DNA of 64,000 nucleotides. Origin: Clostridia bacterium. Lineage in GTDB: Bacteria; Bacillota; Clostridia; Christensenellales; CAG-138. Both the position numbers and the translations under genes were made by a program. The notes beneath the pieces are model-generated. The model was not told the origin of the DNA. It did no database searches and saw only the letters and a program-made list of their open reading frames with translations. Of the stretch, positions 16,197 through 27,268 are shown piece after piece (the stretch's first letter is position 1; every line of letters begins with the position of its first letter). The stretch is taken from assembly GCA_017523925.1 (NCBI GenBank), contig JAFWVQ010000011.1, positions 32,731-96,730 on the forward strand. The letters are read 5' to 3'.

Positions 16197-17600
16197 ATGA
16201 AACTTGTTTACGGCATCCACGACAAGCCCAAATTCGGCGCAGTTGTGATCTTCGCGTTCCAGCAGCTTCTCGCCATCATGGCGGCAACCATCGCCGTTCC
16301 CGCGATCGTGGGCAACGGAATGACCGCATCCGCAGCGCTGTTCGGCGCCGGCGTCGGCACCCTGGTCTATCAGCTTTTCACAAGGTTCCGCAGCCCCGTA
16401 TTCCTCGGTTCCTCGTTCGCGTTCCTCGGCTCCATGTTCGCCGCCTTCTCCGGCGCGGCCTCCATGGAGATGGGTTATCTGGGCCTCGTGCTCGGCGCGG
16501 GCTTTGCGGCGCTGGTGTACGTGGTGATCGCGATCATCGTCAAGTTCGTCGGCGTTAAGTGGATCTCCAAGCTCATGCCCGCCGTAGTCATCGGCCCCAC
16601 GGTCGCCATAATCGGGCTTTCGCTCGCGGGCAACGCCGTTGGCGACATGATGAAGGGCGACGTGCTCTCCGCGAGCGGCGCGCCGACCGCCTCCCCCTAC
16701 ATCGCGCTTATCTGTGCGCTGGTAACGCTTTTCACGGTCATCCTCGTTTCCACCTACGGGCACAAAAAGCTGCGTCTCATCCCGTTCATTCTCGGCATCC
16801 TTGCCGGATACGCCGTTGCGCTCGTGTTCACGCTCATCGGCAACTCCACCGGCAACGATGCGCTCAAGATAATCGACCTTGCGCCGATCAAGGAGCTTTT
16901 CTCCGGCGGCGTATCGTTCAAAACCTTCGTTTCCGTGCCGTCGTTCTCGTTCCTCAAGGCATGGAAGGGCTTTGAAACGCTCACCCCCGAATACGTCGGC
17001 ACCATCGCGATCGGCTATATCCCCGTTGCGTTCGTCGTATTCGCCGAGCATATTGCGGATCATAAAAACCTTTCCACCATCGTCGGTCAGGACCTGCTCA
17101 AGGATCCCGGCCTGCCGAGCACCCTGCTTGGCGACGGCATCGGCTCTTTCGTTGGCGCGCTGTTCGGCGGCTGCCCCAACACGACCTACGGCGAGTCCAT
17201 CGGTTGCGTGGCGATCACCCGCAACGCATCGGTCGTTTCGATCACCGCCGCCGCGTTCCTGGCGCTGCTGTTCGCGTTTATCGCGCCCTTCGTGGCGTTC
17301 CTGGACTCGATCCCGTCCTGCGTAATGGGCGGCGTGTGCATGACGCTGTACGGCTTCATCGCTGTGGCGGGTCTCAAGATGCTTCAGCCCGTTGATCTCA
17401 ACGATAACCGCAACATCTTCGTGGTTTCTGTCATCCTCATCGCGGGCGTGGGCGGGCTTGTGCTCGATTTCACGCTCAAGAGCGGCAAGACCATCACCCT
17501 TACCTCCATCGCCTGCGCACTGATACTCGGCATCATCACGAACCTCATCCTTGCACGCGAGGACGACGGCGGCGACGAACCGCCCGTGCTGATGAAGTAA
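16197..17600 (+). CDS. NCS2-family nucleobase (uracil/xanthine) permease
   Basis: I place the start at ATG 16197 with AAGGAG 8 nt upstream. The N-terminus (FGAVVIFAFQQLLAIMAATIAVPAIV...GVGTLVYQLF...PVFLGSSFAFLG) parallels UraA/PyrP (LQHLFAMFGATVLVP...GIGTLLYLF...PAYLGSSFAFI). Confidence 0.85.
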   Translation: MKLVYGIHDKPKFGAVVIFAFQQLLAIMAATIAVPAIVGNGMTASAALFGAGVGTLVYQLFTRFRSPVFLGSSFAFLGSMFAAFSGAASMEMGYLGLVLGAGFAALVYVVIAIIVKFVGVKWISKLMPAVVIGPTVAIIGLSLAGNAVGDMMKGDVLSASGAPTASPYIALICALVTLFTVILVSTYGHKKLRLIPFILGILAGYAVALVFTLIGNSTGNDALKIIDLAPIKELFSGGVSFKTFVSVPSFSFLKAWKGFETLTPEYVGTIAIGYIPVAFVVFAEHIADHKNLSTIVGQDLLKDPGLPSTLLGDGIGSFVGALFGGCPNTTYGESIGCVAITRNASVVSITAAAFLALLFAFIAPFVAFLDSIPSCVMGGVCMTLYGFIAVAGLKMLQPVDLNDNRNIFVVSVILIAGVGGLVLDFTLKSGKTITLTSIACALILGIITNLILAREDDGGDEPPVLMK

Positions 17601-17800
17601 CCGCTTGCCGCGCACAGGCTGACGGGCCGCACACAGGCTGACGGGCCGCGCCCTTATCTCGGGCTTGACTCCGAGCACCGGCGCACCTCAGAAGCGGCTT
17701 TCGCTTCACCGGAGCTTTTCCCTACCCCATACCCACTCATATCGATGCGGGGAAGCTCCCACCGACTATGACATTTTCTCAGAATGGACTCCTTTCTTTC

Positions 17801-17838
17801 GGGGAAACGGCGGAAAATTCCGCCGTTTTCCCGTTTTG
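17801..17838 (+). terminator. Rho-independent terminator after the permease region
   Basis: GGGGAAACGGCGG-aaaatt-CCGCCGTTTTCCC (one bulge) followed by GTTTTG. Confidence 0.55.
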
Positions 17839-17861
17839 GGAGCTTGCCTCGAAGGACGCTT

Positions 17862-18010
17862 CCCCGCCTCGGAGCATTCTGCCCGCCTCGGGGCGTTTTG
17901 CTCGACGTGGGTCGCTTGCTTGCTGTGGGGAGTTTTGCTCGCCGTGGGGAGTTTTGCCCGCCGTGGGGCATTTTGCTTGCTGTGGGGAGTTTTTTTGCCG
18001 CGCGGCATTT
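17862..18010 (+). repeat. Tandem repeat, about 7 copies of a 19-bp unit (consensus CYYGCYGTGGGGAGTTTTG)
   Basis: Example units: CCCGCCTCGGGGCGTTTTG, CTTGCTGTGGGGAGTTTTG, CTCGCCGTGGGGAGTTTTG, CCCGCCGTGGGGCATTTTG and CTTGCTGTGGGGAGTTTTTTTG. The region is non-coding, with overlapping junk ORFs on both strands. Confidence 0.8.
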
Positions 18011-18228
18011 AACTCGTTATTCACTTTGCGCGCGCTGCGATCTCGGCGCAGAGCGGCCGGCGTACTGCATTTTGAGAAAACCAATTTGATCTACCCGCGG
18101 TTTTCCTTTTGTATTGTGAACCTGCAAATATGACGATGGCTTTTCAACCGCAGCTATTCGGTTTTTCCATATTCACCCATTCCCATGCCCGCGCATACTA
18201 TGGCAGAAACGGGCATTCGGAGGGCGAC

Positions 18229-18720
18229 ATGAGGGCTGCGAGGGAGAAAAAAACGGCGCTATCAAAAAAAGTGGCAAGGGCGGCGAAAGCGGCAGGCGAA
18301 GCAACGGCCGATAGCAAGGCAATAGGGGCGATGGCGGTCGGATTCGATATGCTGGCGATGGATCGGCTTCCCATCGGGGTCCCGGCTCAGGTCGCGGGGC
18401 TCGAAGCCTCGGGCGGGCTCAGGCGCAGGCTGATCGAGCTCGGCTTTTTCGAGGGGGAGCGCGTGGAAAAGGTGCTGAAAAGCCCGCTCGGGGACCCTTC
18501 CGCCTACCTTGTTCGCGGCACGGTGACGGCGATACGGGATGCGGATGCGGCAAAGGTGCTCGTTCAAGCCGAGGGCGCGGCGCGGTCCGCCGATGTAGTC
18601 ACGGCAAACGGCGGCGGCGCAGCGCAGTCCGACGAGCCAAGCACGACCAACGAATGCGGCGCGGCACGATCTGCCGAGTCTATCGAGGCAAGCGGCGGAG
18701 GTTGCGGAGAGGTGGTGTGA
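18229..18720 (+). CDS. feoA: FeoA-domain protein with low-complexity N- and C-terminal extensions
   Basis: FeoA core: LPIGVPAQVAGLEASGGLRRRLIELGFFEGERVEKVLKSPLGDPSAYLVRGTVTAIRDADAAKVLV. I place the start at ATG 18229 (GGAGGG 4 nt upstream). Confidence 0.75.
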   Translation: MRAAREKKTALSKKVARAAKAAGEATADSKAIGAMAVGFDMLAMDRLPIGVPAQVAGLEASGGLRRRLIELGFFEGERVEKVLKSPLGDPSAYLVRGTVTAIRDADAAKVLVQAEGAARSADVVTANGGGAAQSDEPSTTNECGAARSAESIEASGGGCGEVV

Positions 18721-18847
18721 AAATGAGCGTTGAAAATGCGTGCAGGCTAAAAAAGATGAAATTTCATAGGAATTCTCTCAGTGAGCATTTACTATTCATC
18801 GCACGATATTCGCGGTTCGCCGGCGCTCCCGAAAGGAGGTGCGCCGA

Positions 18848-20905
18848 ATGGGTCTGACCTCCTTTTCAAGCGGTCGAGGGGCTTCCCTGCGGGAATATGT
18901 TGCGATCGGGAACCCCGACGGCCTGCCGCTGATCGCGCTTGCGGGCAACGCGAACGTGGGCAAGAGCACGCTTTTCAACGCGCTGACGGGGCTCAAGCAG
19001 CACACCGGCAACTGGAGCGGCAAAACGGTCTCCCTCGCAAGCGGCGTTTGCCGCGCCCGCGTTGGGGGTGCGGAGCGCAGGCTGCTGCTCGTCGATCTGC
19101 CGGGCTGCCGCAGCCTCGATCCCGCGTCGCCCGAGGAGGGGATCGCGCGCGATCTGCTCGTTAAAAGCGCGCCCGCGGCCGTGATCGCGGTGGTGAACGC
19201 CGCCGCCCTCGAATCGAGCCTGCCCCTCGCGCTGCAGGTGCTCGCGCTGACGCCGCGCGTCGTCATCTGCCTGAACCTTATCGACGAGGCCGAAAGAAGC
19301 GGCGTTTCGGTCGATGCGGCGCGGCTTGCAGGGCGGCTCGGCGTGCCTGTGGTCCCCTGCTCCGCGCGAAACGGCGTTGGGCTTTCCGCGCTGCTCGAGG
19401 CGGTTTTTCAAGTGATGAACGGCGAAAACGACGCCGAAACCGCTCAGAGGGCGCACGAGCGCTGCGCCGCCTTCCTGCCTGCGGAGAATGCCGAGGGCGC
19501 CGAAAACGAGGCCGCCGCCATCGCCTGCCGGCGCGAATGCACGCGGCTGATCGCGGACGTTTTGTGCGGGAACGGTGCGGGAAGCGGTGTGGGAAACAGC
19601 GAGGGAAGAGGCGCGGAAAACGGTGCCGTGAATGTCGCAAAGGGTCGGCGCGGGACGGGCGGCGCGGGGCTGACTGCGCGGCTCGACCGTATCGCCGTGG
19701 GGAGGTGGACGGCGTTTCCGATCATGTTTCTGCTGCTGATGCTGGTTTTCTACATCACGCTGATCGGCGCGAACCGCCCGAGCGAGCTGCTGTTCTCCGT
19801 CTTTTCGTGGGTGGAAAAACTCTTGATACGGCTGCTTGATTCGATCGGAGTTGCCGCTTGGCTGCGGGATGCGCTCGCGCTGGGGATGTTCCGCACGGCC
19901 GCATGGGTCGTTTCGGTCATGCTGCCGCCGATGGCGATCTTCTTCCCGCTTTTCACGCTGCTCGAGGACCTCGGCTATCTCCCGCGCGCGGCGTTCTGCC
20001 TCGACCGCTGCTTTGCGCGCTGCGGCTCCTGCGGCAAGCAGGCGCTGACGATCTCGATGGGCTTTGGGTGCAACGCGGCGGGCGTGGTGGGCTGCCGGAT
20101 CATCCCGAGCCGGGGCGAGCGGCTTGCGGCGATGCTCACAAACAGCCTCGTGCCCTGCAACGGCCGCTTCCCGCTGCTGATAACGCTGGTTTCGCTGCTG
20201 CTTGCGGGCGGCGGCGCTGGCGGGCTCTCCCCCGTCGGCTGCGCGGCGGCGCTTGCGGCGCTGATCGTGCTTGCGGTGGCGGTGTCGCTCGGCGTTACAA
20301 AACTGCTTTCAAAGACGCTTTTTCGCGGCGAAGCTTCGTCATTTTTAATGGAGCTTCCGCCCTACCGCCCGCCGAAGATTGCGCAGGTGCTCATTCGCAG
20401 CATGCTCGATCGCACGCTGCATCTGCTCGGCCGCGCGGTGCTCGTGGCGGCGCCGGCCGGGCTCGTGATCCACGCGGCGGCGAATATTCCGGCGGGGAGC
20501 TGCACGCTGCTTTCGGCGTTCTGCAGCCTGCTCGACCCTTTTGCGCGGCTTTTCGGGCTGGATGGCACGATACTCGCCGCGTTCATCCTCGGGTTTCCCG
20601 CGAATGAGATCGTGCTGCCGATCCTTTTGATGGCGTACACCGGCGGCGGCGCGCTTGCCGAGACCGCCACGGGCGCGGAGCTCTTCTCGATACTTTCATC
20701 GAACGGCTGGACCGCGCTCACCTTTGCGGCGGTCATCATCTTCACGCTGTTCCATTGGCCCTGCTCCACCACCTGCCTGACGATAAAAAAGGAGGCGGGC
20801 GGACTCAAATGGATGCTGCTCGGGATCGCGCTGCCGACCGCGGTGGGGCTTTTGATATTGGCGGCGGTGAAACTTGCTTTCTCTGTGACGGGGCTGCTTG
20901 GATGA
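18848..20905 (+). CDS. feoB: Ferrous iron transporter FeoB
   Basis: It has an N-terminal G domain (IALAGNANVGKSTLFNALTG, DLPG) followed by a polytopic membrane domain. AAAGGAGG ends 8 nt upstream of ATG 18848. Confidence 0.9.
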   Translation: MGLTSFSSGRGASLREYVAIGNPDGLPLIALAGNANVGKSTLFNALTGLKQHTGNWSGKTVSLASGVCRARVGGAERRLLLVDLPGCRSLDPASPEEGIARDLLVKSAPAAVIAVVNAAALESSLPLALQVLALTPRVVICLNLIDEAERSGVSVDAARLAGRLGVPVVPCSARNGVGLSALLEAVFQVMNGENDAETAQRAHERCAAFLPAENAEGAENEAAAIACRRECTRLIADVLCGNGAGSGVGNSEGRGAENGAVNVAKGRRGTGGAGLTARLDRIAVGRWTAFPIMFLLLMLVFYITLIGANRPSELLFSVFSWVEKLLIRLLDSIGVAAWLRDALALGMFRTAAWVVSVMLPPMAIFFPLFTLLEDLGYLPRAAFCLDRCFARCGSCGKQALTISMGFGCNAAGVVGCRIIPSRGERLAAMLTNSLVPCNGRFPLLITLVSLLLAGGGAGGLSPVGCAAALAALIVLAVAVSLGVTKLLSKTLFRGEASSFLMELPPYRPPKIAQVLIRSMLDRTLHLLGRAVLVAAPAGLVIHAAANIPAGSCTLLSAFCSLLDPFARLFGLDGTILAAFILGFPANEIVLPILLMAYTGGGALAETATGAELFSILSSNGWTALTFAAVIIFTLFHWPCSTTCLTIKKEAGGLKWMLLGIALPTAVGLLILAAVKLAFSVTGLLG

Positions 20906-21002
20906 GCCTTGCCGTATTTACTTCCCGCAGCGCAGTATGGTATAGTTGGTGTGCGATATCTTTAAACGAGAGAATATATTTTTGTTCTTCGGGTTTACCC
21001 GA

Positions 21003-21033
21003 TTGACCTTAAAGTGCGCTTTAATGATATCCT
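21003..21033 (+). promoter_or_regulatory. MerR-type promoter with 19-bp spacer and operator dyad
   Basis: TTGACC (21003..21008), a 19-nt spacer, then TATCCT (21028..21033). The spacer contains the perfect dyad TTAAAG-tgcg-CTTTAA (21009..21024). It lies directly upstream of the MerR-family gene. Confidence 0.6.
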
Positions 21034-21057
21034 TGCGCTGTAAGGAGGTAAAAAGAT

Positions 21058-21624
21058 ATGAATATCAAGGATTTTTCGCTTCTCTGCGGCGCAAAGCCGC
21101 ATACGCTGCGCTACTACGACAGCGTGGGTCTGCTCCGCCCTGCTCGGGTGGATGAAAACAGCGGCTACCGCCATTACGATAGGGAGCAGGCCGCCGATTT
21201 CGTGAAGATAAAGAATCTGCAGCGGGCGGGCTTCACGATAGAGGAGATGAAGGATCTGCTTGAAAAGGATGATCGCGCGATCCTTTCCGCCTTCGACGAA
21301 AAGCTGGCGGAGGCGGAGGCGAGGCTTGCCGAAATTCAAGCCATCCGAAATTCATATCGAACCGAAATGAACGATATCAAAAACAGGATCGAGAAGATCA
21401 AGCAGCAGATGGCGGCGGAAATGCGCGGCTATGACCCGACCGACGAGTTCGGCATCACCGACGAGCAGTATGAAGGCATCATCGAGAGCACGCTCGGCGT
21501 ATTCGACGGCATCGACCTATCGCAGATCAAGGATATCGACTTTGAGCCGTTCCATGAGGGTGAGTTGCGCGGCGATTTTGGCGAGGAGCCGCCGCACGAT
21601 TACCAAAGCGACCCCGATTACTAG
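21058..21624 (+). CDS. MerR-family transcriptional regulator (ends at an in-frame TAG)
   Basis: N-terminal HTH (MNIKDFSLLCGAKPHTLRYYDSVGLLRPARVDENSGYRHYD) followed by a coiled coil. AGGAGG precedes the ATG. Confidence 0.85.
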   Translation: MNIKDFSLLCGAKPHTLRYYDSVGLLRPARVDENSGYRHYDREQAADFVKIKNLQRAGFTIEEMKDLLEKDDRAILSAFDEKLAEAEARLAEIQAIRNSYRTEMNDIKNRIEKIKQQMAAEMRGYDPTDEFGITDEQYEGIIESTLGVFDGIDLSQIKDIDFEPFHEGELRGDFGEEPPHDYQSDPDY

Positions 21625-21666
21625 CTTATCTATGAAAAGCGCGGCTGGAAACGGGCCGCTGAGTTC

Positions 21667-21906
21667 ATGGACGAGCTTCCGCCGATCGAAAAAGGCGGCG
21701 ATTACGCCCTTATTTTTGAGCTGGGCGAAGGGAAATACGCTTCTGCCAACGCCTTTATGAACACTCTGCTCGGACTCCTGCTTGCAAGGGCTGCCGAGTC
21801 GAAGCAGACGGCTGCCGCGGGCAGTGCGCTGAACCTTTACTGCAATACCGAGCGCGCGGAGGACGGCGTGAACAGTCTAAAGCTTTTCAAAAAACGCGCC
21901 GAATAA
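21667..21906 (+). CDS. Hypothetical ORF in the same frame as the MerR gene; probably its C-terminal continuation (open from 21625)
   Basis: Both 21058 and 21667 are in frame 1, and only the single TAG at 21622..21624 separates them. There is no Shine-Dalgarno before ATG 21667. The read-through sequence is DPDY*LIYEKRGWKRAAEFMDELPP. Confidence 0.45.
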   Translation: MDELPPIEKGGDYALIFELGEGKYASANAFMNTLLGLLLARAAESKQTAAAGSALNLYCNTERAEDGVNSLKLFKKRAE

Positions 21907-21974
21907 GCCTAAAAGCATAGCAAAACCGCCGGAGCAATGCCTCGGCGGTTCGTTTTTCGTATTCGATTTTCCGC

Positions 21975-23528
<1,554 letters not shown>

Positions 23529-23871
23529 AGAATTCTACCTCCTATATATATTAAATGCGACGCCCCGCAGCAGTCTTTTCCAAAGATCAAAAAGCAATAT
23601 TCAGCGACTACTGCGCCAGCATACATGCATTCAAATTATTATATCGTTTTGATACGACAAAGTCAAGATGTCGGCATGGAAAAAACCGAGGGGCGCGAAC
23701 GATATATTTTCATATTTTTCCGCCTCCCCTCCCCCTCGGGCGCCGCTGCCAAGAGCGCCGAGCCGCTTATGTATGCAGTCATATTCCCCTCCCCCGCGGC
23801 GCCCGCTGCCGCCCTTTTTGCACGCTCGGCGAAGCGGACGCATAAGGGAGCCTTCGCGCCCGGCTGATTCC

Positions 23872-23906
23872 GGATAAAGAAAACGCCCCGAAGCTCGGAG
23901 CGTTTC
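23872..23906 (-). terminator. Terminator-like hairpin downstream of the lipoprotein gene
   Basis: Minus strand reads AAACGCTCCGagcttCGGGGCGTTT followed by TCTTTAT. Confidence 0.5.
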
Positions 23907-23940
23907 CAAAAAAGCCATGGTTTATACGGTTTTTCCCGCG

Positions 23941-25035
23941 TCAGCCGGAGATCTCTATGCCGGAGATATTCGTGGAGGGGCGCAGGCAGGCCGTTATCTT
24001 GGTCACCGCGCCGTTCTCGATCGTCAGGCGCACGGCGGCAACGCTGTTGTAGATGAAGTAGCCGCTCTCATCCTCGGTGCAGCCGCCCTCGACAAGCAGG
24101 CGCTTTGCCTCTTCCTCGCTCATGCCGCATTTAACGCCGAGCACGCTGTATTCATCCGAGATGAAGCCCACCTCGGCGGTCATGGGCATATCGCGGTAAT
24201 CCGGGAAGCCGCGCATTATGGCAACGCTGCCGTCCTCCGCGCCGTAGGTCCTGGTCACGTTCGTTTTGCTGTTTTGAACGTATTTGAACTCGGGATTCAT
24301 CATTATGGAATACATATTTCCGAGCTCCACCGGCAGCTCGCTCTTTTCGTTGAAGCGGTTGATCTCGGGCTCGTCGTAGGGCAGCCAGATATAGATCTGC
24401 GAGATGTCGCCCAAGCCGCTCTCCGCGCCGAGGGTTATCATAACGGCGCCCTTTCTGAAAGCGTTATCCAGCGTTTTGGGAAGGCCGCCGTTGAACTTCT
24501 CCTCAAACACGACCTCGTAGCCGCGGTCGATGAGCTTCTGCCGCGCTTCGGTGATATAATCGCCCACCTTGATGCCGAGCACGCTGCGCGTGGTCTCGTA
24601 AATGGGCGTGGTGGTATTGTCGTCGTTCTTCTGTATCGTCTTTGCGGCGGGCATGATGCGCAGCGCGGTGACGTAAAGCTTGGTGTCCTTGTCGGGCTCG
24701 CCGTAATGCATTTCGCGCGTACCGAGCGTATATACAACGTCCCTTGCGTTCTTGCTGCGGTAGGTCATCAGATGGTTCTCGATGCCGCTGTCCGTCGCCT
24801 CAAAGCTGCCGTTTTTGACCTCGTTCTCGCTCATTCCGAACAGGAACGGCGCCGCGAGGCTTTCATTCAGCTCCCTGATCTCATCGAGCGCATACAGCGG
24901 GTTATCCTCGCTCATCTTGCCCTTGTAGTTGTCGCCGGGCTTGGTCTCGCTTTGGCCGCAGGCCATCAGCGACAGGGCGAAGCTCAGCAGGGCTATCATC
25001 AGCGCGATAAGCTTTTTGCGGATCAACTTCTTCAT
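23941..25035 (-). CDS. Hypothetical lipoprotein
   Basis: I place the start at ATG 25035 (AAGGGAG upstream). The signal peptide MKKLIRKKLIALMIALLSFALSLMAC carries a lipobox Cys. The longer listed ORF start is Arg-rich junk. Confidence 0.75.
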   Translation of the reverse strand: MKKLIRKKLIALMIALLSFALSLMACGQSETKPGDNYKGKMSEDNPLYALDEIRELNESLAAPFLFGMSENEVKNGSFEATDSGIENHLMTYRSKNARDVVYTLGTREMHYGEPDKDTKLYVTALRIMPAAKTIQKNDDNTTTPIYETTRSVLGIKVGDYITEARQKLIDRGYEVVFEEKFNGGLPKTLDNAFRKGAVMITLGAESGLGDISQIYIWLPYDEPEINRFNEKSELPVELGNMYSIMMNPEFKYVQNSKTNVTRTYGAEDGSVAIMRGFPDYRDMPMTAEVGFISDEYSVLGVKCGMSEEEAKRLLVEGGCTEDESGYFIYNSVAAVRLTIENGAVTKITACLRPSTNISGIEISG

Positions 25036-25109
25036 TTTTACTCCCTTTCTTCCTTTTCGCCCCGCTCGAACACGAACTATCCGTTGCGCGCGGCGGCGTT
25101 TTTCCTTTT

Positions 25110-25153
25110 TGATTATATAATAAAGGCGGTGTGAAGTCAACAAAACCGCCTTT
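25110..25153 (-). terminator. Terminator-like hairpin downstream of folC
   Basis: AAAGGCGGT (25122-25130) pairs with ACCGCCTTT (25145-25153). On the minus strand it is followed by ATTATATAATC. Confidence 0.45.
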
Positions 25154-25166
25154 TCAAAGCCGAAGT

Positions 25167-26489
25167 TTACTTTTCCTCGGGGAATACGGGCATCTCCCCC
25201 GCCCTGCCGCGCTTGGCGAGATAGTCGGAAAGCGCCTTTTTGAACGAGCCGTAGGCATAGAGCGAGCCGAGCACAAGCAGCGGCACGCGCTCGAGCCACG
25301 AGGCCTTGACCGCCGCGGCGACCGCATCATCGTAGTTTTCGAAGCTTTCGGCGGGTATGCCCATCGCGCGGAACACCTCTGCGTATTCCTCCGCATCGAG
25401 CGAGCGATGGTTGTCGGGGGCCACGGTGAACGCCTTGCGCGTTACGGGCGCCATTATCGCCACCATCTCCTCATACTGCTTATCGGCCATAACGCCGCTC
25501 AGGATATTGATCGTGCGCCCCTCGAAATAGCGCTTAACGGTCTCGACCGCCGCGCTCGCGCCCTCGATATTATGCCCGCCGTCGAAGAAAACGAGCGGAT
25601 CGGCGCTCATCATCTCGAAGCGGCCCTTCCACTTGGGGGCGAGAAGCCCTTCATAGAGCGCTTCTTCGCTTATCTCAAGCCCGCCCGCGCGCAGTATCTC
25701 CACCGCCTCGATAACGTTTGCGGCGTTCATCGGCTGATACAGACCGAGCAGCGAGAGGCGGATATTTTCATGCGTTTTGTAGGTCAAAACGCTTCCTCTG
25801 AGATTGCATTTTTTAACGGTCAGCGCGGAATGATCGGTCGTGTAAAACTCGCAGCCCTTCTCCTCCGCAGCCGACTGTATAACGCGCTCGGCAGCGGTGT
25901 TTTCGCCGCCGAAAAGCACGGGGCAGCCGCTCTTGATTATGCCGGCCTTCTCCCCCGCTATCGCCTCGATCGTGTTTCCGAGATACTCGGTGTGATCGAG
26001 CGAGATGCCGGTCACGACCGAGAGCAGCGGGTCCGTGATAACGTTCGTTGCGTCCAGCCTGCCGCCCATGCCGACCTCGAGCACCACGATATCCACCTTT
26101 TTACGCTTGAAATACTCAAAGCCTATGGCGGTTATCATTTCAAACCAAGTCGGAATGTCGTCCATACCGTCCGCAAACGGGCGGATATAGCTCGCCACCT
26201 CGGCAAGCTCGTCCTCGGGGATGTTTTCGCCGTTGAGCTGTATGCGCTCGCAGAAGGTCTCGATATAGGGCGAGGTGAAGGTGCCCACGGAATAGCCCGC
26301 CTCGATCAGCACCGAGGTGAGCATGGCGCAGAACGAGCCCTTGCCGTTCGTGCCGCCGACGTGAACGCATTTGAGCTCCTTTTCGGGGTTGCCAAGAAGC
26401 GAGAGCAGCTCGGTTATGCGGCCAAGCCCCGGACGGCTCCCCTTCCAGCTAACGGAATCTATGTATTCAAGGGATTCTTTGTAGTTCAT
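25167..26489 (-). CDS. folC: Folylpolyglutamate synthase / dihydrofolate synthase
   Basis: Mur-ligase-type P-loop VHVGGTNGKGS and the FolC-typical N-terminus MNYKESLEYI...RPGLGRITELLSLLGNP. Confidence 0.9.
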   Translation of the reverse strand: MNYKESLEYIDSVSWKGSRPGLGRITELLSLLGNPEKELKCVHVGGTNGKGSFCAMLTSVLIEAGYSVGTFTSPYIETFCERIQLNGENIPEDELAEVASYIRPFADGMDDIPTWFEMITAIGFEYFKRKKVDIVVLEVGMGGRLDATNVITDPLLSVVTGISLDHTEYLGNTIEAIAGEKAGIIKSGCPVLFGGENTAAERVIQSAAEEKGCEFYTTDHSALTVKKCNLRGSVLTYKTHENIRLSLLGLYQPMNAANVIEAVEILRAGGLEISEEALYEGLLAPKWKGRFEMMSADPLVFFDGGHNIEGASAAVETVKRYFEGRTINILSGVMADKQYEEMVAIMAPVTRKAFTVAPDNHRSLDAEEYAEVFRAMGIPAESFENYDDAVAAAVKASWLERVPLLVLGSLYAYGSFKKALSDYLAKRGRAGEMPVFPEEK

Positions 26490-26500
26490 TTTGATTACCT

Positions 26501-27064
26501 TTATTTATTGATGAAGCTTTTTTTGAGGCTCTTGCATAGCTCGAGCATGATCGGCGCGAGCGCAACGTGCAGCGCGAACATGATCGCCGCGGGAAGCAGC
26601 CTTGAGGTAAACACGCCCCAATAGGTGTTTTCGGTCGAGAGCGTGTTCAGCACGGCGGTCTTTAAGAACAGGTCCACAACGAAGCAGACGAGCGCCGAGG
26701 CGATCAAAACGTTCGGGATGAGCCCGACCTTCTTCCATGTGAAGTTAATGCCGAAGAGCTTCAGCGGCTTTTCATTGAGGAAAAGCCCGTAGATGATGCC
26801 GCTGAGCGCGTAGCAAACGGTCAGCCCGATGAGCGGAGCGCCCTTGGGGATCAAAAGTGCGCCAAGCAGGTCGCCGACCGCATAAACGATCATGCCTTCA
26901 ATAGGGCCGTAGAGAATGCCCGCGATCATCGGCGGGATGAACATGAAGCCGACCTTCATAACAGGAGTCATGAAGGAGAGGAAGCGGTCAAGCACGAAGG
27001 TCATCGCCACGAGGAGCGAGAGGATGATGAGCTTGCGGAGCGCCTGAGTTTGACTTGTTTTCAT
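26501..27064 (-). CDS. folT: ECF-transporter S component, folate family
   Basis: I place the start at ATG 27064 (AAGGAGG upstream). The protein is about 187 aa with 5-6 TM helices. It sits immediately upstream of folC and downstream of a THF riboswitch. Confidence 0.75.
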   Translation of the reverse strand: MKTSQTQALRKLIILSLLVAMTFVLDRFLSFMTPVMKVGFMFIPPMIAGILYGPIEGMIVYAVGDLLGALLIPKGAPLIGLTVCYALSGIIYGLFLNEKPLKLFGINFTWKKVGLIPNVLIASALVCFVVDLFLKTAVLNTLSTENTYWGVFTSRLLPAAIMFALHVALAPIMLELCKSLKKSFINK

Positions 27065-27127
27065 AAAAAAATACCTCCTTTTAACAGCGTTCTCGTCGCT
27101 ACATAAAGGAAGCGTTCCTTCTGTATA

Positions 27128-27256
27128 GCCAGCGGGATGCGAAAGCAGCACAGCAACCTGTTGCGCATTATGAAGATTTGCGCGTGGGCGGTTTTCGTTC
27201 GGGCATCAACTCCCTGTATGCCCGACACTTTGAACTCGCTGCTCCCTACTCTGTTT
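27128..27256 (-). promoter_or_regulatory. THF (tetrahydrofolate) riboswitch
   Basis: Minus strand reads CAGAGUAG-GGAGCAGC-GAGUUCAAAGUGU-CGGGCAU-acaGGGAguug-AUGCCCG-AACGAAAACCG...GCUGCUUUCGCAUCCCGCUG. This matches the folT-motif landmarks of the E. siraeum THF aptamer as I recall it: AGAGUAG, GCGUUAAGUGU, an L3 loop GGGA able to pair with UCCC, ACGAA, and GCAUCCGCU. An extra hairpin GCGCAaaucuucauaaUGCGC is inserted. Confidence 0.75.
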
Positions 27257-27268
27257 TTTCCGTGACGT

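Noticed and set aside
16023-17678. 551-aa ORF antisense to the nucleobase permease. Similar long antisense ORFs lie at 12945..13955, 14763..15827, 22317..23867, 23917..25134, 25131..26624, 27574..28542, 39272..40408, 50465..52102, 58166..59074, 59994..61175 and 61533..63053.
   Set aside because: All overlap well-supported genes on the other strand and have Arg/Gly/His-rich, low-complexity translations. They are a frame-shadow effect of GC-rich codon usage.
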